Part shown: one piece after another, positions 18,586 to 28,451 of the stretch
How the letters are laid out: each line of letters begins with the position of its first letter
Position numbering within the stretch: the stretch's first letter is position 1
Origin: Aquificaceae bacterium
GTDB taxonomy: Bacteria > Aquificota > Aquificia > Aquificales > Aquificaceae
Length of the DNA stretch: 35,319 nucleotides
Reading direction: 5' to 3'
Assembly: GCA_037924335.1 (NCBI GenBank)
Contig: JAXSMZ010000017.1
Location: 1 to 35,319 of the forward strand
Notes under the pieces: generated by a model
Database searches by the model: none
What the model was told of the DNA's origin: nothing
The model's input: only the letters and a program-made list of their open reading frames with translations
Made by a program: the position numbers and the translations under genes

Positions 18586-19815
18586 ATGAGGAAAGTGTCC
18601 TTTTTTACATTAGGCTGTAGGAGCAATTACTTTGATACAGAGTTAATAGCCGAACAGTTTAGGCAAATGGGATACTCTGTTGTTGATGAAGATGCAGACA
18701 TACACATAATAAACACGTGCACTGTTACCTCCGGCGCGGACAGGTCTTCACGCCAAGCCATTTACAGGGCTAAAAGGAAAAATCCGAGCAGTGTTGTTGT
18801 CGTTACTGGTTGCTACGCACAGGTAAGCCCAAAAGAACTCCTAAAGCTCAGAGAAGTTGACCTGATAGTGGGAAACACACACAAAGGAGAGATAGTCAAA
18901 CTAGTCGAGGAATTTCTCGAAGAGAGAGGAGAAAAGGTGCATGTGGGAAACATATTCAGAGAGTCCCATATGAAGAACTTTAGACTTTTAACTTACTTTG
19001 AAAAAACGAGACCCTTTTTAAAGATACAGGAAGGGTGCAACAAATTTTGTAGCTTCTGCATCATACCCTTTGCAAGGGGGAAGGTAAGGAGTGTTCCAAA
19101 GGAGCAAGTACTAAAGGAGGTAAGTCTCTTAGCCCAAAGAGGTTTTAAAGAGATAGTTTTAACGGGGACACAGCTTACTCAGTATGGATGGGATATAAAA
19201 ACTAACCTCTATGAGCTTTTGAAAGAGCTTCTAAAAATAAAAGGTGTAGAGATTGTAAGGCTTTCATCTCTTTATCCTTTAGAGATTGATAAAAACTTGC
19301 TAGAGCTTATAACTTCTGAAGAGAAGGTGGCTCCACATTTTCATATTTCACTGCAGAGTGCATCCAACAGGGTCTTGAAACTTATGGAAAGAGGTTACAA
19401 GGTAGAGGACTATGTGAGGCTTGTAGACCGTATCATGGGAAGAAGGCCTTTATCTGCCATAGGAACGGATATAATAGTTGGGTTTCCTACCGAGGGAGAA
19501 GAGGATTTTAAGCTTTGCTTAGGATTCTTAGAGGAGCTTCCCATAGCTTACATGCACATATTCCCATACTCAGACAGGGAAGGAACAAAAGCTTACAAAA
19601 TAGAAGGAAAGATTAGCGAGAACATAAAGAAAGAGCGGATGGAGATTCTCAAAGAACTGGACAGAAGGAAAAGGAATGAATTCCTCAAGAAAAACAGAGG
19701 AAAGGAGTTAAGAGCTATCGTTATAGAGGAGAATAAGCTTCTTACGGAGAACTATATAAGCTTAGAAAGGGAAGGCTACAGCTCTGTGGGAGAGCTTGTC
19801 AGAATAGAGGTTTAA
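18586..19815 (+). CDS. mtaB: tRNA t6A37 methylthiotransferase
   Basis: TLGC..N, INTCTVT, GCYAQ, radical SAM KIQEGCNKFCSFC and HIFPYSDREGT motifs. Confidence 0.92.
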   Translation: MRKVSFFTLGCRSNYFDTELIAEQFRQMGYSVVDEDADIHIINTCTVTSGADRSSRQAIYRAKRKNPSSVVVVTGCYAQVSPKELLKLREVDLIVGNTHKGEIVKLVEEFLEERGEKVHVGNIFRESHMKNFRLLTYFEKTRPFLKIQEGCNKFCSFCIIPFARGKVRSVPKEQVLKEVSLLAQRGFKEIVLTGTQLTQYGWDIKTNLYELLKELLKIKGVEIVRLSSLYPLEIDKNLLELITSEEKVAPHFHISLQSASNRVLKLMERGYKVEDYVRLVDRIMGRRPLSAIGTDIIVGFPTEGEEDFKLCLGFLEELPIAYMHIFPYSDREGTKAYKIEGKISENIKKERMEILKELDRRKRNEFLKKNRGKELRAIVIEENKLLTENYISLEREGYSSVGELVRIEV

Positions 19816-19841
19816 AATATTATTTTAATAAGGAGGAGAGA

Positions 19842-20933
19842 ATGAGCCCTACCGCACAAACTCAGGATGTGAAGCTTGTTGACCTTATTGTTAAAGCTGT
19901 TCAGTTTAACGCAAGCGACCTTCACATAACAGCTGGGGCAAAACCTTCCATCAGGGTGGATGGAAAGATAACTCCCCTATCCGAGTATCCCATCTTGACA
20001 TCCGAAGTAACTCAAAAGCTTGTTTACTCTGTAATGTCCGAAAGGCACAGGAAGGAGCTTGAAGAGAAAGGTCAGGTGGACTTCTCCTTCGGTGTAAAGG
20101 ATGTGGGTAGGTTTAGGGCCAACGTGTTCTACCAAAGAGGATCTTTGGCTGGTGCTTTCAGAAGACTTCCTTACAAAATAATGAAAGTTACCGAGCTTGG
20201 GCTTACAGAGAATGTTCTCGAGCTCTGCAAAAAGAGTATGGGTCTTATTCTTGTAACCGGTCCAACTGGCTCAGGTAAAACTACAACGTTGGCTTCGCTT
20301 ATCAACTTCATAAATGAGAATTTTCCACACCATATAATAACCATTGAGGACCCTATAGAGTACGTGTTTCAACACAAAAAAAGCATAGTCAACCAGAGGG
20401 AGATAGGAGAGGATGTGGACAGCTTTGCAGCAGCCCTAAGGTCTGCTCTTAGAGAGGACCCTGACGTCATACTGGTAGGGGAGCTTAGGGACCTGGAGAC
20501 TATAGAGATAGCTTTGAGAGCGGCCGAAACTGGCCACTTGGTCTTTGGTACGCTTCATACTAACACGGCCATATCCACCATTACCAGAATAATAGACGTA
20601 TTCCCAGCAAACCAACAGGAGCAGATAAGAATTCAGCTCTCCTTTGTTCTTCAGGGTGTAATATCCCAGAGGCTTATCCCAAAGATAGGAGGGGGGAGAG
20701 TTTTAACGTATGAGCTTATGATTCCCAACACTGCCATAAGAAACCTTATAAGAGAAAACAAGCTACAGCAAGTTTATGCTATGATGCAGAGTGGACAAGC
20801 AGAAACGGGCATGCAGACCATGAACCAGTCCATTGCTCAGCATTACAGGGTGGGGAACATCACCCTTGAAGATGCTTTCAGATATTCACCCGATATAAAA
20901 GAGCTTGAGAGGATGTTAGGGAGGAGTATTTAA
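19842..20933 (+). CDS. pilT: Type IV pilus retraction ATPase
   Basis: ASDLH, GPTGSGKTTT, TIEDPIE, LREDPD, GTLHT and AIRNLIRE motifs. Confidence 0.96.
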   Translation: MSPTAQTQDVKLVDLIVKAVQFNASDLHITAGAKPSIRVDGKITPLSEYPILTSEVTQKLVYSVMSERHRKELEEKGQVDFSFGVKDVGRFRANVFYQRGSLAGAFRRLPYKIMKVTELGLTENVLELCKKSMGLILVTGPTGSGKTTTLASLINFINENFPHHIITIEDPIEYVFQHKKSIVNQREIGEDVDSFAAALRSALREDPDVILVGELRDLETIEIALRAAETGHLVFGTLHTNTAISTITRIIDVFPANQQEQIRIQLSFVLQGVISQRLIPKIGGGRVLTYELMIPNTAIRNLIRENKLQQVYAMMQSGQAETGMQTMNQSIAQHYRVGNITLEDAFRYSPDIKELERMLGRSI

Positions 20934-20935
20934 AG

Positions 20936-22153
20936 ATGCCTAAGTTTAAGTACAGAGCCTTTGGAGAGGATGGTGCCTATGTGGAACAAGAAATTGTCTC
21001 TCCTAGCTATGAACTTTTAGTATCAGAGCTTCAGCAAAAGGGCTTCAGCATAGTTGAGGTGGAGGAGTTAGAGGTAAAAAAGCCAGAGCTAAAGCTGAGA
21101 TTGCCATTCTTTGGTGGTGTCAAAGACAGAGACATATCCATATTCTGCAGACAGTTGGGAACTATGATAAATGCAGGTGTAAACATTGTGGATGCCATAA
21201 ATATACTATCTGAACAGCTTCCCAGCAAGGTTCTTTCTGATGCTGCAAGGGAAGTGGCAAAGATGGTAGGTGAAGGTATGTCCCCATCTGTTGCCATGAG
21301 TAGGTTCCCAAAAGCTTTCCCAGAACTCGTCATAAACCTAACCAAGGTGGGTGAGGAAACTGGTAATCTGGATGTTGCTCTCATAAGAGCTGCAGATTAT
21401 TATGAAAAGATGGCGATGATAAAGAGTAAGATAAAGAGTGCCTCTTTTTATCCTACCTTTGTTGTGGTCATAGCTACGGTTATAATCACAGGCATACTGT
21501 ACTTTCTGGTTCCCTCCTTTGCTCAGCTTTACGAATCCTTAGGAGGAGAGCTCCCCCTTCCAACTCAGATGCTAATTGCTGTTTCCAACACGCTCAGAAA
21601 CAACATACTGCAAGTGATGTTTTTCCTCATAGGTTTTTCCATAGTCTTTAGATTCCTTTACAAGAACAACTATGCTTTTAGAAAATCAGTTCATTCTTTC
21701 TCTCTGAAGTTTCCAAAGATGGGAGACCTAGTGGTAAAAAGCACTATGGCTAAGTTTGCAAGAACTATGGCAACGCTCTTTGCAAGCGGTGTGAGCATAG
21801 AGAAGGCCTTTGACATAGCAGGTCAGGTGACTGGGAACGTTCTCATAAAGGAATCTGTTGAAAGGGCTAAGAAGGGAGTCATAGAAGGAGAACCTATGCA
21901 TAAAGCTCTTGAAAAAACGGGTATATTCCCACGGCTTGTTATAGCCATGGTAAAGGTGGGTGAAGACACTGGTAGGCTTGATGAATTGCTCGACACCATC
22001 GCAAGGTTTTACGAAGATGAGTTTGATAAAGCGGTTGAAGGACTTATAAAGCTTATAGAGCCTATGCTCATGGTTTTCATAGGTGGTGTTGTAGGGCTTG
22101 TGCTTATAGCTCTCTACCTGCCCATCTTCAAGGTGGGTGAGTTGATAAAGTAA
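20936..22153 (+). CDS. pilC: Type IV pilus platform protein (GspF/PilC family)
   Basis: Two GspF domains (VGEETGNL, VGEDTGRL), LIEP and ALYLPIF; adjacent to pilT. Confidence 0.92.
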   Translation: MPKFKYRAFGEDGAYVEQEIVSPSYELLVSELQQKGFSIVEVEELEVKKPELKLRLPFFGGVKDRDISIFCRQLGTMINAGVNIVDAINILSEQLPSKVLSDAAREVAKMVGEGMSPSVAMSRFPKAFPELVINLTKVGEETGNLDVALIRAADYYEKMAMIKSKIKSASFYPTFVVVIATVIITGILYFLVPSFAQLYESLGGELPLPTQMLIAVSNTLRNNILQVMFFLIGFSIVFRFLYKNNYAFRKSVHSFSLKFPKMGDLVVKSTMAKFARTMATLFASGVSIEKAFDIAGQVTGNVLIKESVERAKKGVIEGEPMHKALEKTGIFPRLVIAMVKVGEDTGRLDELLDTIARFYEDEFDKAVEGLIKLIEPMLMVFIGGVVGLVLIALYLPIFKVGELIK

Positions 22154-22178
22154 GAAAAAAGCTTATATTCTATAGCTT

Positions 22179-23285
22179 ATGGGTTTTAACTGCGGTATAG
22201 TAGGGCTTCCAAACGTAGGAAAGTCTACACTTTTTAATGCTATAACTGAATCTTCAAAAGCACAGGCCGCAAACTATCCATTCTGTACGATAGAGCCCAA
22301 CATAGGAGTTGTTGAAGTACCTGACGATAGGCTTCATCAAATAGCAAAGCTCGAAAGGTCGAGGAAGATAACTCCAACTTTTGTGGAGTTTGTTGACATA
22401 GCGGGGCTTGTAAGGGATGCAAGCAAGGGAGAAGGTCTTGGAAATCAGTTTTTGGCAAACATAAGGGAGGTGGATGCAATAGCCATAGTCCTAAGATGTT
22501 TTGAAGATGCCAATGTGGTACATGTGGAGGGAAGCGTAGACCCAATAAGAGATGCTCAGATAATTGACTTGGAGCTTATAGCAAAAGACTTAGAAACGGT
22601 AAACAAAAGATATGAAAAGATAGAAAAGTCAGCAAGGCTTGGGGATAAGTCTGCTAAGGATGAGCTGGGACGTCTGAAGGCCATCAGAGAAATACTGGAA
22701 AGTATGGAGCCTTTGAGAAAGCACCTAAAAGAGCTTCCAGCCGAGACTGTAGAGTATGGAGAAAGGACTCTCTTCCTGCTCACACTAAAACCGGTAATGT
22801 ACGTGGCAAACATAGGAGAACAGGACCTTTTAAAAGGAAATGAGCATGTGGTAAGGCTTGAGGAGTATGCAAAACAGGAAGGTGTTCCCCTTGTTGTCAT
22901 ATGCGCCAAGCTGGAGGCAGAACTTACGCAATTGGAAAAGGAGGAGAAGCTAGAACTTTTGAAGGCTTATGGGCTTGAAGAGCCAGGACTTAACAGATTC
23001 GTGAGGGAAGGCTATAGGTTGCTTAACCTCATAACCTTCTTTACAGCTGGGGAAAAAGAAACAAGGGCATGGACTGTTAAAGAGGGTACAAAGGCACCCA
23101 AAGCTGCTGGTAGGATACACTCAGACTTTGAAAGAGGCTTTATAGCCGCAGAGGTTATAAACTACGAGGAATACATAAAAGTTGGTTCTATGACAAAAGC
23201 TAAGGAGCTTGGACTCGTAAGGTTGGAGGGGAAAGGCTACACTATTAAAGATGGAGATATAATCCACTTTAGGTTTAACGTTTAA
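22179..23285 (+). CDS. ychF: Ribosome-binding ATPase YchF
   Basis: GIVGLPNVGKSTLFN, NYPFCTIEPN, DIAGLV and IHSDFERGFI motifs. Confidence 0.97.
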   Translation: MGFNCGIVGLPNVGKSTLFNAITESSKAQAANYPFCTIEPNIGVVEVPDDRLHQIAKLERSRKITPTFVEFVDIAGLVRDASKGEGLGNQFLANIREVDAIAIVLRCFEDANVVHVEGSVDPIRDAQIIDLELIAKDLETVNKRYEKIEKSARLGDKSAKDELGRLKAIREILESMEPLRKHLKELPAETVEYGERTLFLLTLKPVMYVANIGEQDLLKGNEHVVRLEEYAKQEGVPLVVICAKLEAELTQLEKEEKLELLKAYGLEEPGLNRFVREGYRLLNLITFFTAGEKETRAWTVKEGTKAPKAAGRIHSDFERGFIAAEVINYEEYIKVGSMTKAKELGLVRLEGKGYTIKDGDIIHFRFNV

Positions 23286-23928
23286 CCCCGATCCCATACT
23301 CACAGTACTCTCTTATAGGGCATACGATGCACATAGGCTTTATTGGCTTGCATATGACTTGACCGAAGGCAACAAGTAGTCTATTTAAATCTGTCCAATA
23401 CTCCTTTGGTAGAATCTCCATAAGCTTAAACTCTGTCTCTTTTGGATTCTTCGTCTTTACCAGACACCACCTGTTGGTTATTCTGTGGACATGCGTATCC
23501 ACACATATGGCAGGTATTTTATATCCTTCTGATAGAACAAGATTTGCCACCTTTCTTCCCACACCTTTTAGCCTGAGAAGGTCATCAAGATTGTTTGGAA
23601 CTTTGGAGTTGTACTTCTCCTTTAGTTCTTTAGCAACATCCTTTAAAAACTTAGCTTTATTTTTGTAAAAACCAATGGGATAGAGAAGCTTACAGAGCTC
23701 CTCGTACTCAATACTGTAAAGGTCATCTACGCTTTTTACCCTCTCAAAGAGCTTTTTGCAAACATTTGCCGTTGTTTCATCCCTAGTCCTCGTTGATATG
23801 AGAGAGCAAACAAGGACCCTAAAGGGATCTCCAGTCTTCTGTGCTATCAGACTAACGATTGGAGAGTTCCATTTGGGAAACTCTTCCCTGAGTATATCCA
23901 TAACCTTAGGAAGATCTTCTTTCCTCAT
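23275..23928 (-). CDS. nth: Endonuclease III
   Basis: HhH LKGVGRKVAN, VDTHV.R and the 4Fe-4S motif CKPIKPMCIVCPIREYC. Confidence 0.93.
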   Translation of the reverse strand: MRKEDLPKVMDILREEFPKWNSPIVSLIAQKTGDPFRVLVCSLISTRTRDETTANVCKKLFERVKSVDDLYSIEYEELCKLLYPIGFYKNKAKFLKDVAKELKEKYNSKVPNNLDDLLRLKGVGRKVANLVLSEGYKIPAICVDTHVHRITNRWCLVKTKNPKETEFKLMEILPKEYWTDLNRLLVAFGQVICKPIKPMCIVCPIREYCEYGIGVKR

Positions 23929-23939
23929 GAATAATATTA

Positions 23940-23968
23940 TTGCAAAAGCAGGCCAAAAAAAATATAAT
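23940..23968 (+). promoter_or_regulatory. Sigma70-type promoter of aspS-purH
   Basis: TTGCAA (23940-23945), 17-nt spacer, TATAAT (23963-23968), then ATG 9 nt downstream with no SD sequence. Confidence 0.65.
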
Positions 23969-23977
23969 GATTTTTCT

Positions 23978-25774
23978 ATGCTTAGAAAAAGGACATGCTA
24001 CTGTGGCAATGTATCCAAAGAGTATTTAGGGAAGGAAGTTGTGCTCTTTGGGTGGGTTCACAAGGTTAGGAACCACGGAGGCGTTGTGTTTATAGACCTA
24101 AGAGACAGAGAAGGTATAGTGCAAGTTGTCATAGAGGAAAGCACATCGCCAGAAGCTTACAACATTGCAGAAAAATTAAAGCCTGAGTACGTTATAGGTC
24201 TTTCTGGAACAGTGAGAGAAAGGCCTAAAGGGACTGAAAATCCAAAGCTGAAGACTGGATACTATGAGGTTGCTGCCAAAGAACTGGAAGTTTTGAACAC
24301 TTCGGATATGTTGCCCTTCCCAGTGGACGAAGAAACTCCTCTGTCAGAAGAGGTCAGACTCAAGCACAGGTATTTGGACCTCAGAAGAAGAAGCATGACG
24401 GAAAACATACTCTTCAGACACAAGTTTTATCAGATAGTTAGAAATGTGTTTAATAAAAACGGCTTTGTGGAAATAGAGACACCCATACTAACCAAGTCAA
24501 CACCAGAGGGAGCAAGGGATTACATAGTTCCATCCAGGCTACATCCAGGAAAGTTCTACGCCCTTCCTCAGTCTCCCCAGCTTTTCAAGCAGATACTCAT
24601 GATATCCGGTTTTGACAGATACTACCAAATAGTCAAATGCTTAAGGGATGAGGACCTAAGAGCTGACAGGCAACCTGAATTCACGCAGATTGACTTTGAG
24701 ATGTCCTTTGTGGACGAAGATGATGTTATGAGCTTTAGCGAGGAGCTTATACACACGCTGTTTAAGGAGCTTCTTGGAGTTGAACTCAAAAGACCCTTTG
24801 ATAGAGTGCCCTATGAGCAGGCCATGGAGAACTATGGTTCTGATAAGCCAGATAGGAGGTTTGGAGTTGAGCTTATAGAGATGAGCGATGTTTTCAAAGA
24901 TAGCCAGTTTAAGGTTTTTAGAGAAGCTATTGAAAGTGGTGGAGTTGTAAAAGCTATAAACTTTAAAAGCTCAAACCTCTCTAGAAAGGAGATAGATGAG
25001 CTTTCCCATTTTGCACAGACGTTGGGGGCAAAAGGGCTTGCATGGATAAAGGTGGAAGATGGAAAGCTAAGCTCTCCCATAGCTAAGTTTTTGACAGAGT
25101 GGGAAAAACAGGAACTGATAAAGAGGACAGAGGCAAAGGTAGGGGATACCATACTACTGTCTGCTGATAAAAAGGATGCAGTTTATAAAGTTTTGGGAAG
25201 TTTGAGGCTCCACATAGCCAAGAAGTACGGTCTTATCGATGAAAAAAGGTACGATATCTTTTGGGTTGTAGACTTTCCTTTGATGGAATGGGACGAAGAG
25301 GAAGGCAGGTTTTTGTCCCTCCATCATCCATTCACATCGCCAAAGGAGGAGGACATACCTAAACTTCTAAGGGCTTTGCAGGAGGAGAGACTTGAAGAAA
25401 AGAAGAGACTTGTTCACTCTGTGAGAGCAAGGGCTTACGATATGGTGATAAACGGCTACGAGGTGGGAGGTGGTTCCATACGTATCAACAGAAGGGAAAT
25501 CCAGGAGGTAATATTTAAGCTTTTGGATATATCTGAGATAGAAGCTGAAGAAAAGTTTGGGTTTTTGCTAAGAGCTTTAAACTATGGAGCACCACCACAC
25601 GGAGGCCTTGCTTTTGGACTCGATAGGCTTGTAGCCATAATGAGAGGCCTTGACTCCATAAGGGATACCATAGCCTTTCCAAAAACCCAAAAGGGTATAT
25701 GTCCTCTCACAGGTGCTCCAGATTACGTATCCCCTAAACAGCTAAAGGAAGTTCATATAAGGGTTTTGGAATGA
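23978..25774 (+). CDS. aspS: Aspartate-tRNA ligase, probably non-discriminating (Asp/Asn)
   Basis: RNHGG..FIDLRD, STPEGARDY, LPQSPQLFKQ, DRQPEFTQ and GAPPHGG motifs. His in RNHGG is the usual non-discriminating signature. Start placed at 23978. Confidence 0.96.
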   Translation: MLRKRTCYCGNVSKEYLGKEVVLFGWVHKVRNHGGVVFIDLRDREGIVQVVIEESTSPEAYNIAEKLKPEYVIGLSGTVRERPKGTENPKLKTGYYEVAAKELEVLNTSDMLPFPVDEETPLSEEVRLKHRYLDLRRRSMTENILFRHKFYQIVRNVFNKNGFVEIETPILTKSTPEGARDYIVPSRLHPGKFYALPQSPQLFKQILMISGFDRYYQIVKCLRDEDLRADRQPEFTQIDFEMSFVDEDDVMSFSEELIHTLFKELLGVELKRPFDRVPYEQAMENYGSDKPDRRFGVELIEMSDVFKDSQFKVFREAIESGGVVKAINFKSSNLSRKEIDELSHFAQTLGAKGLAWIKVEDGKLSSPIAKFLTEWEKQELIKRTEAKVGDTILLSADKKDAVYKVLGSLRLHIAKKYGLIDEKRYDIFWVVDFPLMEWDEEEGRFLSLHHPFTSPKEEDIPKLLRALQEERLEEKKRLVHSVRARAYDMVINGYEVGGGSIRINRREIQEVIFKLLDISEIEAEEKFGFLLRALNYGAPPHGGLAFGLDRLVAIMRGLDSIRDTIAFPKTQKGICPLTGAPDYVSPKQLKEVHIRVLE

Positions 25775-27288
25775 GAGCTCTAATATCCGTTTACTACAAA
25801 GATGGTATATACGAGTTTGCAAAGACCTTGGAAGACATAGGTTATGAGATAATATCAACAGGTGGTACTGCCAAGTATTTGAAAGAAAGGGGGATAAGGG
25901 TAGTTGAAGTTGAAGAAATAACTGGATTTCCAGAGATACTGGGAGGGAGAGTAAAAACTCTTCATCCTGCCATACACGGCGGTATACTCTTCAGAGAATG
26001 GGTAAAAGGAGACAAGGAGCAGATAGCCAGTCTTAACATCAAACCGATAGATGTGGTAGTTGTCAATCTTTATCCCTTTGAGGAAAAGATGGATGAGGAC
26101 CTAACACCTCAGGAGCTCATGGAGTTTATAGATATAGGTGGGTCAACTCTCATAAGGGCTTCGGCTAAGAACTTTTACAGAGTAGCTGTTGTTGTGGACC
26201 CAAAGGATTACTCTTGGGTTGCGGAGAATTTAGCCAAAGGTGGCTTGGACCTTCAAGACAGAAAATATTTAGCTTACAAGGCTTTTTCTCTAACATCCTA
26301 TTACGACGCAGTCATATCCAAAACCTTGGCTTACCTATTTGAGTTTGACACCCCCACGGAGTACTCGGCCATACCTATGAAATTTGAAAAAGAGCTAAGG
26401 TACGGAGAAAACCCACACCAAAGGGGATGGCTCTTTTCCAACCCTATGGAGAAGCTTGGCATAGTTAGAAGCAGGACAGTTCAAGGAAAGGAGATGTCCT
26501 TTAACAACTATCTGGATGCTGACGCTGCTTCAAGGCTTGTGAGCGAATTTCAAAAACCAGCTTGCACTATAGTAAAGCATATGAGTCCATGCGGTGTGGC
26601 TTTGGGGAAGGATCTGCTCGACGCTTACGAAAAAGCCTTCTCTTCGGATCCAGAATCAGCCTTTGGTGGAATTGTTGCTTTCAACGATAGAGTAGATAAG
26701 CGTCTGGCAGAAAAGATGGCTGGCGTTTTTCTTGAGGTTGTTGCGGCTCCTGAATTCTCTGAGAATGCTTTGGAGGTCTTCAGTAAAAAGAAAAATCTAA
26801 GGGTTATACAGTTCCTTGGATACTCTTACTCCTTTGACATTAAGAAGATAAGCGGAGGCTTTTTAACTCAAGAAGAGGACAGTTTAGACTATGAGAAGTT
26901 TGAAGTTGTTTCGGAAAGGGTTCCAACAGATAGGGAAATGGAGGATATGGTCTTTGCTACAAAGGTCTGTAAGTACATAAAATCTAACGCCATAGTGATA
27001 GTAAAGGATGGGAGAACTCTCGGTATAGGGTCCGGTAATGTGTCCCGAGTAGACAGTTTGAGATGTGCAATAGCAAGGGCTCAAAGGTACGGTTTTGAAC
27101 TAAAAGGGAGCGTTATGGCTTCTGAGGCTTTTCTCCCCTTCAGGGACAGCGTGGATATAGCCCATCAGGTAGGAATATCTGCCATTGTACAGCCCGGTGG
27201 CTCCATAAGGGATAAGGAGGTCATACAGGCTGCCGATGAGCATGGAATAGCCATGGTTTTTACCGGCACAAGACATTTTAGGCATTAG
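25771..27288 (+). CDS. purH: Bifunctional AICAR transformylase / IMP cyclohydrolase
   Basis: [36 protein letters not shown] and RHFRH motifs. Confidence 0.97.
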   Translation: MRALISVYYKDGIYEFAKTLEDIGYEIISTGGTAKYLKERGIRVVEVEEITGFPEILGGRVKTLHPAIHGGILFREWVKGDKEQIASLNIKPIDVVVVNLYPFEEKMDEDLTPQELMEFIDIGGSTLIRASAKNFYRVAVVVDPKDYSWVAENLAKGGLDLQDRKYLAYKAFSLTSYYDAVISKTLAYLFEFDTPTEYSAIPMKFEKELRYGENPHQRGWLFSNPMEKLGIVRSRTVQGKEMSFNNYLDADAASRLVSEFQKPACTIVKHMSPCGVALGKDLLDAYEKAFSSDPESAFGGIVAFNDRVDKRLAEKMAGVFLEVVAAPEFSENALEVFSKKKNLRVIQFLGYSYSFDIKKISGGFLTQEEDSLDYEKFEVVSERVPTDREMEDMVFATKVCKYIKSNAIVIVKDGRTLGIGSGNVSRVDSLRCAIARAQRYGFELKGSVMASEAFLPFRDSVDIAHQVGISAIVQPGGSIRDKEVIQAADEHGIAMVFTGTRHFRH

Positions 27289-27308
27289 CTGTATTAAAAT
27301 GTTCTTGT

Positions 27309-28238
27309 ATGAGAGTAGGCTTTGTTTACGATGATATTTACCTAAAACACAATTGGAAAAATCATGTAGAGAATATGGACAGACTTATAAGCATAATGAG
27401 GGGGCTTGAGGAGAGTAAACTCTTTGGCAAATTGATAAGGATAAAGCCAAGGAGAGCCAAAGCAGAAGAGGTAGCACTCAATCATGATATCTCTTATATA
27501 CAAGAGGTGCACGACTTTTGTTTGGCTGGTGGAGGATACCTTGACCCAGACACTTATGCAGTACCTGAATCTTACGAGGTTGCCATGTACGCAGTTGGGG
27601 GTGTGCTTGAAAGTATAGATAGAGTCCTAATGGGCGATGTAGAGGCTGGTTTCTGTGCAGTCAGACCCCCTGGCCATCATGCTGAGTATTCAAAGGCCAT
27701 GGGCTTTTGCATATTTAACAATGTGGCTGTTGCTGCATGGTATCTTTTACAAAAGGGTATAAAAAGGGTTTTCATCGTTGACTTTGATGCCCACCACGGT
27801 AATGGAACGCAGAAGAGCTTCTACGAAGAGGACAGAGTCTTTTACTTCTCAACTCACGAGTATCCCTTCTATCCTGGGACTGGGTCAGAAAAAGAAAGGG
27901 GTGCTGGTAAAGGTCTGGGATACACTTACAACGTTCCACTCAGTGCCGGCAGTGGAGATGAAGAGTACGAAAGCATCTACGGAAGTATACTCCCCAAGCT
28001 TATGAGAGAGTTCTCACCCAATTTTGTTTTGGTTTCTGCAGGCTATGACGTACACAGGGACGACCCCCTTACCTATCTAAACGTAAGCACCCAAGGGGTG
28101 GAGAGGATAGTAAGACATATAATAAGCACATCCAAAGAGCTGAAGGTTCCCATCGTCTTCAGTTTAGAAGGGGGTTACGACCATAGAGCACTTTCGGAGT
28201 GCGTGAACGTAACCATAAAAACCATGTTGGAGGTTTAA
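27309..28238 (+). CDS. Zn-dependent histone deacetylase-family amidohydrolase
   Basis: RPPGHHA, GFCIFNN, DFDAHHGNGT, SAGYD and LEGGY motifs. Confidence 0.93.
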   Translation: MRVGFVYDDIYLKHNWKNHVENMDRLISIMRGLEESKLFGKLIRIKPRRAKAEEVALNHDISYIQEVHDFCLAGGGYLDPDTYAVPESYEVAMYAVGGVLESIDRVLMGDVEAGFCAVRPPGHHAEYSKAMGFCIFNNVAVAAWYLLQKGIKRVFIVDFDAHHGNGTQKSFYEEDRVFYFSTHEYPFYPGTGSEKERGAGKGLGYTYNVPLSAGSGDEEYESIYGSILPKLMREFSPNFVLVSAGYDVHRDDPLTYLNVSTQGVERIVRHIISTSKELKVPIVFSLEGGYDHRALSECVNVTIKTMLEV

Positions 28239-28240
28239 AG

Positions 28241-28441
28241 TTGAAAGTACTGAGCAAAGCTTGGCAAGTATTCTCTTTACTTTTGGTAGCATACGGCTTT
28301 TATCTCCTTTTTCTATTCCTCTTAGATACCCTATTGAGGATAAACAGAGAGTTAGCCATGCCCTTGTCTCTTCTGATCACCTTAGCCTTTGCTGGTTTTG
28401 TTTTTGTTTTTTGGATAAAAAAGAAAAGACTCCCCCTTTAG
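28241..28441 (+). CDS. Small two-helix membrane protein of unknown function
   Basis: Two hydrophobic segments and a basic tail; fills the gap between co-oriented genes. TTG start at 28241 assumed. Confidence 0.6.
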   Translation: MKVLSKAWQVFSLLLVAYGFYLLFLFLLDTLLRINRELAMPLSLLITLAFAGFVFVFWIKKKRLPL

Positions 28442-28451
28442 GAGGTGCATT

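Noticed and set aside
20858..20866. Match of guide 2 (CATCACCCT) inside pilT
   Set aside because: Only 9 nt, expected by chance, with no TATA-like motif upstream.
23756..23977. 74-aa N-terminal extension of AspRS in the ORF track
   Set aside because: Overlaps nth on the opposite strand; homology and a promoter support ATG 23978. Similar over-extensions were trimmed for trpB and tkt.
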